Below, in pieces: positions 11,154 to 20,549 of a stretch of DNA of 64,000 nucleotides. The position numbers and the translations under genes are program-made. The notes beneath the pieces were generated by a model. The model had not been told where the DNA came from, made no database searches, and saw nothing but the letters and a program-made list of their open reading frames with translations. The stretch spans positions 19,932 to 83,931 of the IMG/VR virus record IMGVR_UViG_3300026484_000333. One strand, written 5' to 3'. The stretch's first letter is position 1, and each line of letters starts with the position of its first letter. Source of the DNA: a virus.

Positions 11154-12874
11154 TAAACAATCCTTGTAAAGTTACCTATTTTAAATATCTTATCTGCTAA
11201 ATCATTTTCTGGTAAATATCCCCATAATACTTTTAGACCGTTTAAATAAATTTCTACATAATTATTTTCTTTATCATAATTTAAAGCATAAAATATCCAT
11301 TCTAATAAATTATATTGATTGTCTGTAATAGTTTTACCGTCTAAATACTCATAATTACCGTCTTTTAACATATAAAAATAAATTTTCCCATTTGGATGAA
11401 TTCCTAAACCTATTCCATTATTTGCTTCATAATCACTAATAAGCAATCTTTCATAATCTTCTAAATAAAACCAACCACTAACTGCAAAACTTGAATTTGG
11501 TGTAGGAACATTAGTTTTAACTCCTGAAAAATCTTCTAAAACAACTGCTTTATGTAAATAGCCATCTGTATAATAACCTTGATACTCTGAATTAGTCCAT
11601 TCCCCTAAATAAACTTCCTCTTCATCGTTTAAATTTTCTTCAAATCTAAATAACCCTATACAACTACCATCACCAAAAATATCTTTTACTTTTTCAGTTC
11701 CATCTTGTTTATAATGCCCTACTAAAACATTTGAACTAATACCGTAATACAACGAAGCTACGTAATCATTATCAAGAGCTTTTTGGATTAAATCAAAACA
11801 TTTAATATCAGTTACAAATTCACCATAAGCAATTTTATCTACTACTTCAAAATCTTTTATACCTGTTTTACTGTTTAAAGTATTTATTTCTTTTAATTTG
11901 TTTTCTAGAGTAAATTGGAATTTATCAACAAAAAACTTTTCCCCTTCAATAGAAAAACAACCCCATTGAGGATAAACTTCAGTTAAAAATACTTCTCTAA
12001 AAGGCTCTCTCAAAAAATTATCTTTATGAAAAATATAATTTGGAGATTTCAATTCAAAAGCAATTTCAGGAGATTTTTCAACACTAAAAGCCATTGTCAT
12101 TTTAGAAACAATTGCTCTGTCTAATTCAATGGCACAAGTATCTTCCCCACAATAATAGCCCATTAATAAATCAACTCTTGGTAATTCACTGCATTTCAGC
12201 GAAGGTTTATATAAAAAGGCACTTCCTAACTCCCCTCCTTGTACCTCATAAATCTGACAAGCCACATTAGAAGTTATATTTATTGTAAAATAATCGCCAA
12301 CATTATATTCATACTCGTCTGAAATCAAAACTTTTATAATTTCATTAAAATATTCTTTTCCTGTTATGGCATTATGTTTCCAACCGCTTTCACTGCCGTA
12401 AACAGACCATTTTTTATCCCCTAAATATTCAAACGTCCAAAGTTCAGTTTTTATATTAAAAGCGACATAATCTAATAATTGAACTTTTTTATTAATGCCT
12501 TCTATTGTATCACTCTCTACTTTATATTCAATTCTCGGATATTTACTTGCATTTAAAATTGCTCCGCTACCAACTTGTGGTAATTCCATTTTCCCAAAAG
12601 CACTATAAAAAAGTTCATTATTTATATTTTTAAAAACTTTGCTATAAACAAAGGGCAATAAAGATGTTTTAATAACAGCAGTCCCGCTTATTTTACCAAG
12701 CACCCTTTTTTTATCAAAAAAATAAGTTTTACTTTTATTTCTGTCTATTTTTTCAAAGTCTATATTTAGTAAACTACCACTTTTGAACTCAATTAAATCA
12801 TTAGGAACAAAATAATCATTATCAATGCTTCCACTTTTTTTAACCGCTATTATTTTAACATTTTCTTTTTTCAA
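11153..12874 (-). CDS. Tail-tube paralog with LamG/concanavalin-like domain
   Basis: Colinear similarity to 8791-10116 (e.g. VACQIYEVQGGELGSAFLYK vs VAYKIYEVQDGEEGDAVLYK); LamG motifs FAVSGWF and VEIYLNG. Confidence 0.7.
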   Translation of the reverse strand: MKKENVKIIAVKKSGSIDNDYFVPNDLIEFKSGSLLNIDFEKIDRNKSKTYFFDKKRVLGKISGTAVIKTSLLPFVYSKVFKNINNELFYSAFGKMELPQVGSGAILNASKYPRIEYKVESDTIEGINKKVQLLDYVAFNIKTELWTFEYLGDKKWSVYGSESGWKHNAITGKEYFNEIIKVLISDEYEYNVGDYFTINITSNVACQIYEVQGGELGSAFLYKPSLKCSELPRVDLLMGYYCGEDTCAIELDRAIVSKMTMAFSVEKSPEIAFELKSPNYIFHKDNFLREPFREVFLTEVYPQWGCFSIEGEKFFVDKFQFTLENKLKEINTLNSKTGIKDFEVVDKIAYGEFVTDIKCFDLIQKALDNDYVASLYYGISSNVLVGHYKQDGTEKVKDIFGDGSCIGLFRFEENLNDEEEVYLGEWTNSEYQGYYTDGYLHKAVVLEDFSGVKTNVPTPNSSFAVSGWFYLEDYERLLISDYEANNGIGLGIHPNGKIYFYMLKDGNYEYLDGKTITDNQYNLLEWIFYALNYDKENNYVEIYLNGLKVLWGYLPENDLADKIFKIGNFTRIV

Positions 12875-12876
12875 AA

Positions 12877-13284
12877 TTAAATCCTTTTTATATACCTAAC
12901 TTCAATGTCTATTTTAGCAATAGCGTGAGGATGGACAACACCTCCTTCTCTTTTCATACTACTAACAGTCATATCAACAACACCCATAGGTTGCCATCTT
13001 ATATCTTCTACAACCTCATACACAGCCTCAATCAAATCACTTAAAATATCCTCATACTGATTTCTTGCCTGTTTATTAAAAACATAAACACTTATATTTC
13101 CAACATAATAAGCTTTTCTATTTGTTAAATTATCCCTCTCTTTTTCTTCACTCTCATACATAACACTAACAGCAGGAAACCTATCAATTTGAGTCCACAA
13201 AGGAACAATATTTTTATAAATTTTTACAAAAATATTCTTATCTCTTAAACCATCTATTAATTTTTCTACAATTTCTTTTCTCAT
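12877..13284 (-). CDS. Tail terminator protein
   Basis: 135 aa, FPAVSV motif; positioned between neck genes and tail tube genes. Confidence 0.7.
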   Translation of the reverse strand: MRKEIVEKLIDGLRDKNIFVKIYKNIVPLWTQIDRFPAVSVMYESEEKERDNLTNRKAYYVGNISVYVFNKQARNQYEDILSDLIEAVYEVVEDIRWQPMGVVDMTVSSMKREGGVVHPHAIAKIDIEVRYIKRI

Positions 13285-13367
13285 ACCGACAATCCTTTTG
13301 CTAATTCAACTAATAAGAGTAACATAATAATTACATAATAAATTCCAATACTATTTTGTACAGTCAT
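13281..13367 (-). CDS. 28-aa hydrophobic peptide (not in the ORF track)
   Basis: MTVQNSIGIYYVIIMLLLLVELAKGLSV*; ATGA overlaps with both neighbouring genes. Confidence 0.5.
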   Translation of the reverse strand: MTVQNSIGIYYVIIMLLLLVELAKGLSV

Positions 13368-13849
13368 ACTGCTTCCTTTGTTTCTTTTAGTAATAATTCA
13401 AATAAATCATTTACTGATATAATACCATCTCTGCCTTTGTCAAACAAAACATCATACATCCAATCTTTCCAAGCAGGTGTTTTTCCATCTGCTCTTTTTG
13501 GTTTTGCCATATCTGTATATTTAGCATAAGGAACGCCTATTTCTGCCCAGCTATGAATTACAAAACCCTGACCTTTCTTATAAGCATTTACTTTTGTCTT
13601 AATATGTTCTAACTGTTGTCCACTGACTTTATAAGTAAAACGCCTATGAGACGGTCTTCTTCTATGTAAATATTTAACAGGAATAGGTGTTCCCAATGCT
13701 TTTTTAATAGCTTTTTCCCAAGATTTTAAATCACTATCAAGTTTTTTAGCTAAAAACTCTAATCTATGTATTCCTAAAAGAGGAAGTTCTTTTTTAAAAT
13801 TTTTCCAGGATTCCCCTATAGGTTTTTTGATTTTAACCACTGCTATCAT
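13364..13849 (-). CDS. Neck/tail-completion protein (HK97 gp10-like position)
   Basis: Basic 161-aa protein with SGQQLEHI..VPYAKY motif; synteny. Confidence 0.6.
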   Translation of the reverse strand: MIAVVKIKKPIGESWKNFKKELPLLGIHRLEFLAKKLDSDLKSWEKAIKKALGTPIPVKYLHRRRPSHRRFTYKVSGQQLEHIKTKVNAYKKGQGFVIHSWAEIGVPYAKYTDMAKPKRADGKTPAWKDWMYDVLFDKGRDGIISVNDLFELLLKETKEAV

Positions 13850-14403
13850 AATCTAAACATCCTAAAAGAACTTAATAAATTTTCTACCATAGGAGGAACA
13901 TCGTCAATCACTTTTACTTGCTCTTTAATACCTGTTGACATAGAAACAATACTATCCGTGTCTTTTGTAATATCATTATAAACTTTTTTACCTAACATAT
14001 ATAAACCTGAAACCAAACCTTCGGGAATTAAATCAATATCATTATAACCTACTTTATATTCAATTCTCATAATTTGATTATCAGTAATTGTAAATAAAGG
14101 AGGTAAATAAATACGATTATTTTCCCCAACTTCAAATTCAAGCAGAGTATTGTTATCTATACTCTCACCGTCAATTTTTACATCAACTAAATCAGAAACA
14201 ATACCTTTTTTAGTATAAATCGAATTGCCATAAATTTTATTAATTCTTTCAACCAAATCTCTCTCAAAAATGGCGACGTTATAATAATCATAAATATAAC
14301 TTTCACTGATTTTCAAGACATCTTTTAAAAGGTCATCAATCAAATCATCTTGAATATCTAAAATCTTTTTAAACTCTACTAATAAATCATCTATAAGAGC
14401 CAT
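13846..14403 (-). CDS. Head-tail adaptor/connector protein
   Basis: FKKILDI..DDLL..SESYI..Y...IEYKVGY..IPEGL...LLSSFR pattern of gp15/gp6-type adaptors; follows the capsid genes. Confidence 0.8.
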   Translation of the reverse strand: MALIDDLLVEFKKILDIQDDLIDDLLKDVLKISESYIYDYYNVAIFERDLVERINKIYGNSIYTKKGIVSDLVDVKIDGESIDNNTLLEFEVGENNRIYLPPLFTITDNQIMRIEYKVGYNDIDLIPEGLVSGLYMLGKKVYNDITKDTDSIVSMSTGIKEQVKVIDDVPPMVENLLSSFRMFRL

Positions 14404-14443
14404 AACTTATCCTTTTATAAAACTTACAATTTTAAACCAAAAA

Positions 14444-14782
14444 TCAACTATTTTCTTTTTTAGACTCTGTTTTTCTTCTCTTTGTTTGGTTTTTAATATG
14501 TAATTCGCTTGTGGTTTCTCTTTTGACTTCTGTCCTTCTCCTCGTTTTACTTTTGGTATGTAATTCGCTTGTGGTTTCCCTCTCTTTACGAAGTAACTCC
14601 TTTTTAGGGTTTTTAGCAGTATCCTTAATTTTTTCTATTAAAACAAATTCTTTTGGAAAAGTGTTTATAAGATAATCGCCGAACTCTTTATCTACAACAT
14701 ATAATCCATCATATCTATCAGGGCTAAATAAAATTCCTCTTACCATAATTCCATTTCCAACAACTTTAATTTTATATTTCAT
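14444..14782 (-). CDS. Small basic head-associated protein with internal duplication
   Basis: RETTSELH occurs twice (DNA repeat TATGTAATTCGCTTGTGGTTTC, 60-nt period); CTGATATA motif upstream. Confidence 0.55.
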   Translation of the reverse strand: MKYKIKVVGNGIMVRGILFSPDRYDGLYVVDKEFGDYLINTFPKEFVLIEKIKDTAKNPKKELLRKERETTSELHTKSKTRRRTEVKRETTSELHIKNQTKRRKTESKKENS

Positions 14783-15006
14783 ATCAAAACTCCTATAATA
14801 AGTATTTTAATATATATCAGTTTTACATCTTATTTATTAATAGCTTTATCTATACAAATCTGTAATGAAAAATAAAAATTAAAATAACGAATTAATAGAA
14901 ATTTTCAAAATAAAAAGTTAATAATTTATATATTAAAGTATAGTTTTTTATCAAATTCCAAGCAAGAATACTCCATCCAAATTACAAAGTAATTAGGCAG
15001 AGAGGT

Positions 15007-15297
15007 TCACATTAATTCATTTATAAATTTTTCAAATTCTTTTTCTTTTTCAGAAGAATTGTTATTTGTGATTTTAAATGAATCTATTATGTCATTTTCA
15101 TAAGTCAACAAACTACCTCTATATATAATAACCCCATTTACTTGATGTCTATTAAAATCCGGAAATGATTTTATCTTATCACCAATATCTTCTATTCTAA
15201 TATTTCTAAACGCGTCAGCCATCATATTACTAATTTCTAAACCAAATATTTCTTCTTCTTTTAACATTTCTAAAGTAGGATTTCTTAATAAATCCAT
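15007..15297 (-). CDS. Hypothetical protein (moron-like, downstream of the capsid terminator)
   Basis: ORF track; AAGGA RBS. Confidence 0.5.
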   Translation of the reverse strand: MDLLRNPTLEMLKEEEIFGLEISNMMADAFRNIRIEDIGDKIKSFPDFNRHQVNGVIIYRGSLLTYENDIIDSFKITNNNSSEKEKEFEKFINELM

Positions 15298-15500
15298 ATC
15301 GTATCCTTCCTCATTATAGTATCATCCATATGCTTTACAGAATCTATATAGTTTTTGATTATCATATCTTCGTCAAATAGCACTTCTATAATGTGAAAAT
15401 AAAATATTAATATTAGCATCATATTATTAGTTTCATTCAAAGATTCTTTATAAAACTTTGGACAGTCTCGAAGAATAATATAAAGAGAAAAATCACTCAT
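15285..15500 (-). CDS. Hypothetical protein
   Basis: ORF track; its start is buried in the terminator hairpin. Confidence 0.35.
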   Translation of the reverse strand: MSDFSLYIILRDCPKFYKESLNETNNMMLILIFYFHIIEVLFDEDMIIKNYIDSVKHMDDTIMRKDTIWIY

Positions 15501-15516
15501 TAGAGTGAGTGATTTT
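15489..15516 (-). terminator. Rho-independent terminator after the major capsid gene
   Basis: 11-bp perfect stem AAAATCACTCA/TGAGTGATTTT, followed by a U-rich tail on the minus strand. Confidence 0.75.
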
Positions 15517-16729
15517 AGTTAGAAGCTACATTAACAATTGCAGATACAGGAGTTGAGTTCACACAAAGTTTTTTGAAGTCAATATCTCTATATCCAACAT
15601 ATAGAGTTGTTGAACTTACAGCTTTTCTTTCAGTTTCGATTCCAATGTTTCCTCTGTCTGCAACACCAAAGTATGCTTTGTTAACAAGAAGAACTGCTGT
15701 TTTATCTCCGTTTGTTTCGTCAACATCACCATTAGCGTCAAGATTGTCAGGGATGTATTCAGTTACAATAATAGGCATACCAAATAGTTTTCCGATTTCA
15801 CCTACCATAATAGTTGCTTTAGCACCATATTTGTCAACAGTTAAAACTTCAGGTAATTCAAGCATTTGATATGCTACATTTACAGGAGCTACAATAGCAA
15901 GGTCACTTAAATTAATACCATAAACGCCAAGTAGTCTTCTTGCTTGTGCAATTAGTGAAGCAGTTACTGCATTTCCACCTGCGTCAACTTTGTTACCAGC
16001 ACCTTTTGCATATTTTAAAAGACCGTCAAATGCTTTTTTAACATCGTTAACGTCAGCAATAGCTGTGTCACCCATTACAAGTGCATCCTCTGTTGCTCTT
16101 GCAAGTGATTTTACAAGTTCTTGTCTTACAAGCTGTGTAATCGCCGTTACCATTTCTTGGTCAGCTTGGTCAGTTACTGCAAGTAGTGTTTTAAATCTTG
16201 AAGTTGCAAAACTTACTTTTGCACCATTAATTGCACTTTCAATTGCGTCATCACCCGGAGCAATTAAATATGCTTTTGCTTTGTCCGTTTTTGCTGGAAT
16301 AGAAAATGTGCTTCTATTTTCAGGCATTCTAAATCTTTGGAATAATCCCTCAACTTTAAGGTCAAGTTCTAGTTCTTCCATTACCCTGTTAGAAAACTCT
16401 TCTGCCAACCAACTTGCAATGTCTGCTGGTTTAATTGCTTTTTCAACAACAGGAGCGATTTCTTTAAATTCTGCAAAACTATCGGCAGGTCTTCCAAGAA
16501 GTTTTGACTTAATATGCAAATCAACTGCTTTTTCTCTTGCTTTTGCTACTTCTTTGTCATCAACAGATTTTTCTTCAAATTGTGTTTTTCTTTCAGTCCA
16601 TTTGTCTTCAAATTCTTTTTTAAGTTCTTCTACTTTTTTTTCTGATTCAGTTTTTGTACTGTCAAGCTCTTTTTTAAGCTCTTCTACTTGTTTTTGTAGA
16701 GTTGAAATTACTTCAATTCCCATAACCAT
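15515..16729 (-). CDS. Major capsid protein (HK97 fold, N-terminal coiled-coil delta domain)
   Basis: 404 aa; FDGLLK, GEIGKLFGMPIIVTEYIP motifs; follows the protease and portal. Confidence 0.95.
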   Translation of the reverse strand: MVMGIEVISTLQKQVEELKKELDSTKTESEKKVEELKKEFEDKWTERKTQFEEKSVDDKEVAKAREKAVDLHIKSKLLGRPADSFAEFKEIAPVVEKAIKPADIASWLAEEFSNRVMEELELDLKVEGLFQRFRMPENRSTFSIPAKTDKAKAYLIAPGDDAIESAINGAKVSFATSRFKTLLAVTDQADQEMVTAITQLVRQELVKSLARATEDALVMGDTAIADVNDVKKAFDGLLKYAKGAGNKVDAGGNAVTASLIAQARRLLGVYGINLSDLAIVAPVNVAYQMLELPEVLTVDKYGAKATIMVGEIGKLFGMPIIVTEYIPDNLDANGDVDETNGDKTAVLLVNKAYFGVADRGNIGIETERKAVSSTTLYVGYRDIDFKKLCVNSTPVSAIVNVASN

Positions 16730-16900
16730 TTCCTTTCAATGTTATTTTACAAAAGTTATATCGGAAAGTTGTAGTTTGTTTTATCATTAGCAAACTTTTT
16801 ATTATATTCTAATATTTGTTTATTTAGAAAATCGTTAATTTTTTTTAAATCATCACGTTCTTTGACACAAAGTTTATAGCGGTTTAAAAGCTCCTCAAAC

Positions 16901-17107
16901 TCATCTTGAGGAATTTCTATCATTTTCTTTTCCATTTTTTACCTTTATATGTAATGTAAGAGGTTTTGTTTTTGTTATATTATAATCATAAGTTTGCAAT
17001 TTAGGACAATTTGTTTTTAGATAAACATATTTTATTTTTTCTTTACAAGCACAACCATTAAGGAATAGTGATATTAATATCACGCTCAATAGTAATATTT
17101 TTTTCAT
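16901..17107 (-). CDS. Outer-membrane lipoprotein, o-spanin (Rz1-like)
   Basis: Signal peptide with lipobox FLNG-C; overlaps the i-spanin 3' end. Confidence 0.7.
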   Translation of the reverse strand: MKKILLLSVILISLFLNGCACKEKIKYVYLKTNCPKLQTYDYNITKTKPLTLHIKVKNGKENDRNSSR

Positions 17108-17411
17108 CTTTGTTTCCTTTTATTTGCTTTACTACATTAATCTTTTCTTTGAGAATTTTATTTTCAAAATTAATATTTTTTAATGTGTCCTTAATTTGTA
17201 AAAATGTTTGTTTTAGGTTATTATTTTCAAGTTCTAAATCTTTAATTTTCATTTCTTGCTTAATCACAGTATTTTCAAGCTCTTTTTTATATAAATAAGA
17301 TTTAAAAGAAAAAACACCTAAAACAACAAATAAAACTGCCAATACTACATTTAACATTTTATCTCTAAAAAAATTAAACATATTCATCTTCCTTTTTTTT
17401 AATTTTTTCAT
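17058..17411 (-). CDS. Inner-membrane spanin (Rz-like)
   Basis: One N-terminal TM helix plus coiled-coil; the true start is probably a downstream Met. Confidence 0.7.
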   Translation of the reverse strand: MKKLKKRKMNMFNFFRDKMLNVVLAVLFVVLGVFSFKSYLYKKELENTVIKQEMKIKDLELENNNLKQTFLQIKDTLKNINFENKILKEKINVVKQIKGNKDEKNITIERDINITIP

Positions 17412-17631
17412 AAGTTCTACCTGCTATCCAAGCTATAGGAATACCAACTGCAAGAGTTGACCAAAGTTCTATAAATTCTTTTTTAATATCTAATATGTGT
17501 AAACCGCTTAAAATTGTAATCAATGAAGTAAAAAATAAAACATACCACGCCATTGAAGGACGTGATATCCTTCTAAATATAGTAACCCTACTCATCTTCT
17601 TCTTTTTGTAAATGTTCTGTAAGTTTTTCAT
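17374..17631 (-). CDS. Holin-like 2-TM protein
   Basis: RISRPSMAWY..2 TM..GRTYEKIKKK, typical of small holins; adjacent to the spanins. Confidence 0.65.
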   Translation of the reverse strand: MKNLQNIYKKKKMSRVTIFRRISRPSMAWYVLFFTSLITILSGLHILDIKKEFIELWSTLAVGIPIAWIAGRTYEKIKKKEDEYV

Positions 17632-19114
17632 TTATGATTTTTTCAAGTTCACCATAAACATTTAAAAGATAATCAAGTCCTTCAACATCATTTGCTTTTT
17701 CTTTTAATTGCTCTAACAAATCAGGCTGGTTTTCTTCCGTTTTTTGTTCAGTTACATTTTCTTCTTTATTTTCTTCTTTTCCTGCTTGGTTGCTATCATT
17801 ATCTAATTCTTTTTTATTGTCTGGCTCTTGTTCTTTTTTTACTCCGTTATCATCTCTATCTTGGAAGTAATCTTTCATAAATGCCAAAAGTTTTGCAACC
17901 TCGCTTCTGCCTATAACAAAATCATAAACATTACCATCGTCTTTTACATATCTTCTAATTCTATAACCTAAAGGCGGATTAGGATAAGCAGTTAATACAC
18001 TTTCGCTTGTAACATTAACAATAAGTTCGCCATTATCTCCGCCTTGGACTTGGTCACCTTCTTTTAAACCTTGACTTGATTCAATAATTTGATTTACCTT
18101 ATCTTTTCCAAGATTAGTTGTCCCACCCCTACTAGCTTTTGTTTCTATAGCAGTCAATTCCTTAATTTCTGAATAAATTTTTTCAACTTGTGCTTCAAAT
18201 TCTTTTGCCATTTCTTCTAAATCAGCTGGAATTTCACTTATCATTTCTTGTTTTAACATTTCTCTATAATGTTTTAATAAATGCCTACTTGCATCTCTTT
18301 TTTCCACAGCACTAATATTAGGATTATTCCTTGCTCCTCTTAAAGCCTGATAAGCACTTATAACACCGTTTTTATTAACAACTAAATCTTCGCCTTGTAG
18401 TTCGTGATGGGGGAATTTCCAAGTACTTCTCTTTTCAACATCGCCTACAACTAAATAGCATTCTTTGATATAATTTTCTTTCCCTAAATCTGCCAACTTT
18501 TGCCCGAGAGCTGTTTTATCAACATCTCCCCACGCTTTATCACTAATTACATTGTTTTTAATTGCTTTTTCTATACCCATTTCTACATATCCTTTCGTAA
18601 TTAAATTTTGTCTTGTTGATAATAAGCACACACCATTTTCACAAGGACTATTTTCTAAAACCGTAAATAAACTTTCCTGATTATCTGGTATTGAAACAAT
18701 ACTAACCTCATAAAGTTCAATTTTAGTCCAATACCAAACACCATTCATTTCTTTATAATCTATGCCTTTAAAGCCGATAGAAAATGCTTTTAAAATACCT
18801 TCTTTTACTGCAAAATAAACTTTTGGATTTAATGCCTCATAAACTACAGCCTCAATTTCAAGACCTTTTGAAGTTAGATTAATGTTTGTGACTTTACCTA
18901 CAATTTCATCTTGCCTGTGTTGATAAAGTAAAACAGGATTTTTCATAAAATTAGTTAAATCATAGCTTTCAGGCAAAACGCTCTCATCACTTCTATCAAC
19001 AACCAAATTTCCGTTATCATCAAGATAACGGTTTGCAAAACCTTTGATAGTTATTTGTCCATCACCTGCTTCTGTTGTAAAATTTTTTATAACCAAATTT
19101 AAAGTTTTATCCAT
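17588..19114 (-). CDS. Prohead protease (HK97-type) with long C-terminal extension
   Basis: NPVLLYQH, AFSIGF and LYEVSIVSIPDN catalytic motifs; about 330 extra C-terminal residues. Confidence 0.92.
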   Translation of the reverse strand: MDKTLNLVIKNFTTEAGDGQITIKGFANRYLDDNGNLVVDRSDESVLPESYDLTNFMKNPVLLYQHRQDEIVGKVTNINLTSKGLEIEAVVYEALNPKVYFAVKEGILKAFSIGFKGIDYKEMNGVWYWTKIELYEVSIVSIPDNQESLFTVLENSPCENGVCLLSTRQNLITKGYVEMGIEKAIKNNVISDKAWGDVDKTALGQKLADLGKENYIKECYLVVGDVEKRSTWKFPHHELQGEDLVVNKNGVISAYQALRGARNNPNISAVEKRDASRHLLKHYREMLKQEMISEIPADLEEMAKEFEAQVEKIYSEIKELTAIETKASRGGTTNLGKDKVNQIIESSQGLKEGDQVQGGDNGELIVNVTSESVLTAYPNPPLGYRIRRYVKDDGNVYDFVIGRSEVAKLLAFMKDYFQDRDDNGVKKEQEPDNKKELDNDSNQAGKEENKEENVTEQKTEENQPDLLEQLKEKANDVEGLDYLLNVYGELEKIINEKLTEHLQKEEDE

Positions 19115-19149
19115 TACTTCTCCTTAAACTTTCTTTAAAATTATATCGG

Positions 19150-20508
19150 CTAAACTTTTAAGTCGGGACTGCCCCCTAATGGGTCTGTACTTCCCATACT
19201 GCTTGGTTTATTGTTACTTTGGTTTTCAGAATTATTAGTATTATTTTCTGAATTATTTTGGCTCATTGCAACTAAATCTTGAAAGAATTGTGCTTCACTA
19301 CCTGTTAAGAAGGCAGGTACAATATTCTTATCTGCACCTTCAAAATCCATTTCCGGTAAATCAACCAAATCCCTTGCTTCATTTAATGTAGCAAGTCCTG
19401 TTGCAAACAATGTTCTTGCACTGTCAGCTTTTACATCTAAAGCAGTATCAAGTTCAGTAATTCTTCCAAAGTCAAATTCAAAATGATATTTTCCATAACC
19501 AAATTGTTTTCCTAAAAATAAATTAATTTGGTCTTGTATTCTATAAAGATAAGGTCTAACTGCGGTATTAAACACAACTTTCATTAATTCCTGTGGTTTT
19601 CCAGCACTGTTTGCCTCACCGCCTAAAACAAGTGCGTTTAGTTTGAAAACTCTTAAAACTCTTTTTTCACTTATATTCATACTATCTAAAAGCATTGCGT
19701 CTTTAGGACTTGCTTGAACGGTTTTATAATCCATTTTGGCGGGTAAGACTGCTATACCTCTCCTCTCACTACCGCCTTTTCCATATAAAGCGTTAAATTG
19801 TTCTCTCAATTCTTCAATTTGTTGTGGAGTTAAGGCATATTCGGCTTTTAAAATACCAGCTAAAATTACACTGCCCTCATAAAACTCTTGTAGGCTATCA
19901 ATTGCATTTTTTTCCAACTTTAATGTATCAAGCAAAGGTGCTACGCTTGGTAGTCCATAATAAGCATTGTTTAGAGTTGGATTTATAATCCAAATAAGTT
20001 CGTTTTCTTTATAAGCAATCTTATCATTATAAATATAGCCTTTTATAAATTTAGTAGCGTCTGGAACAACTTTAACATTATGAGGTTGAGTTAAAAACCA
20101 AGTTTCATAACTTCCTTTTACATTTTCAAAGGTTAAAGGGGCTACACCTGAAAGCAACAAACCTTGAATTGCAAGTTCAATTGTTGTTCCCCAAGACCAA
20201 AATGGATTAGGTCTATATTCCCATTCTCTTAATTTTTTGTCTTTAACAGGAAGTTTTTTACCTGATTTATCTAATTGATATAAGCGTGGAACTGCTTGTC
20301 CTCCTGCTTTAGCAATATAATCAACTGCACTAAAAACAAGTTCAGTTGTATGGAATGTATTTTCCATAGCACTTGTAGCTAATACACCGTTTCCATCTTT
20401 ATAATCTTCAATGATTTTTTTGTTTGCTTTTGTAGCTTTAGTGTCCATATAAATTAACGTTTCTTTATTTTGTTGAGGCTGTTTTTTAAAAAAATCAAAA
20501 AAACCCAT
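19150..20508 (-). CDS. Portal protein (HK97 family)
   Basis: YYGLPS...AGILK...SPKDAMLL...GLATLNEARDL motifs. Confidence 0.93.
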   Translation of the reverse strand: MGFFDFFKKQPQQNKETLIYMDTKATKANKKIIEDYKDGNGVLATSAMENTFHTTELVFSAVDYIAKAGGQAVPRLYQLDKSGKKLPVKDKKLREWEYRPNPFWSWGTTIELAIQGLLLSGVAPLTFENVKGSYETWFLTQPHNVKVVPDATKFIKGYIYNDKIAYKENELIWIINPTLNNAYYGLPSVAPLLDTLKLEKNAIDSLQEFYEGSVILAGILKAEYALTPQQIEELREQFNALYGKGGSERRGIAVLPAKMDYKTVQASPKDAMLLDSMNISEKRVLRVFKLNALVLGGEANSAGKPQELMKVVFNTAVRPYLYRIQDQINLFLGKQFGYGKYHFEFDFGRITELDTALDVKADSARTLFATGLATLNEARDLVDLPEMDFEGADKNIVPAFLTGSEAQFFQDLVAMSQNNSENNTNNSENQSNNKPSSMGSTDPLGGSPDLKV

Positions 20509-20549
20509 TTGTTTTCCTTTTTAATTTATTATATAACATATATCAGCTT

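Noticed and set aside
15573-16790. Plus-strand ORFs of 266 and 98 aa
   Set aside because: Antisense shadows of the capsid gene caused by codon bias; the same applies to plus-strand ORFs inside the tape measure, tail tube and deaminase genes.
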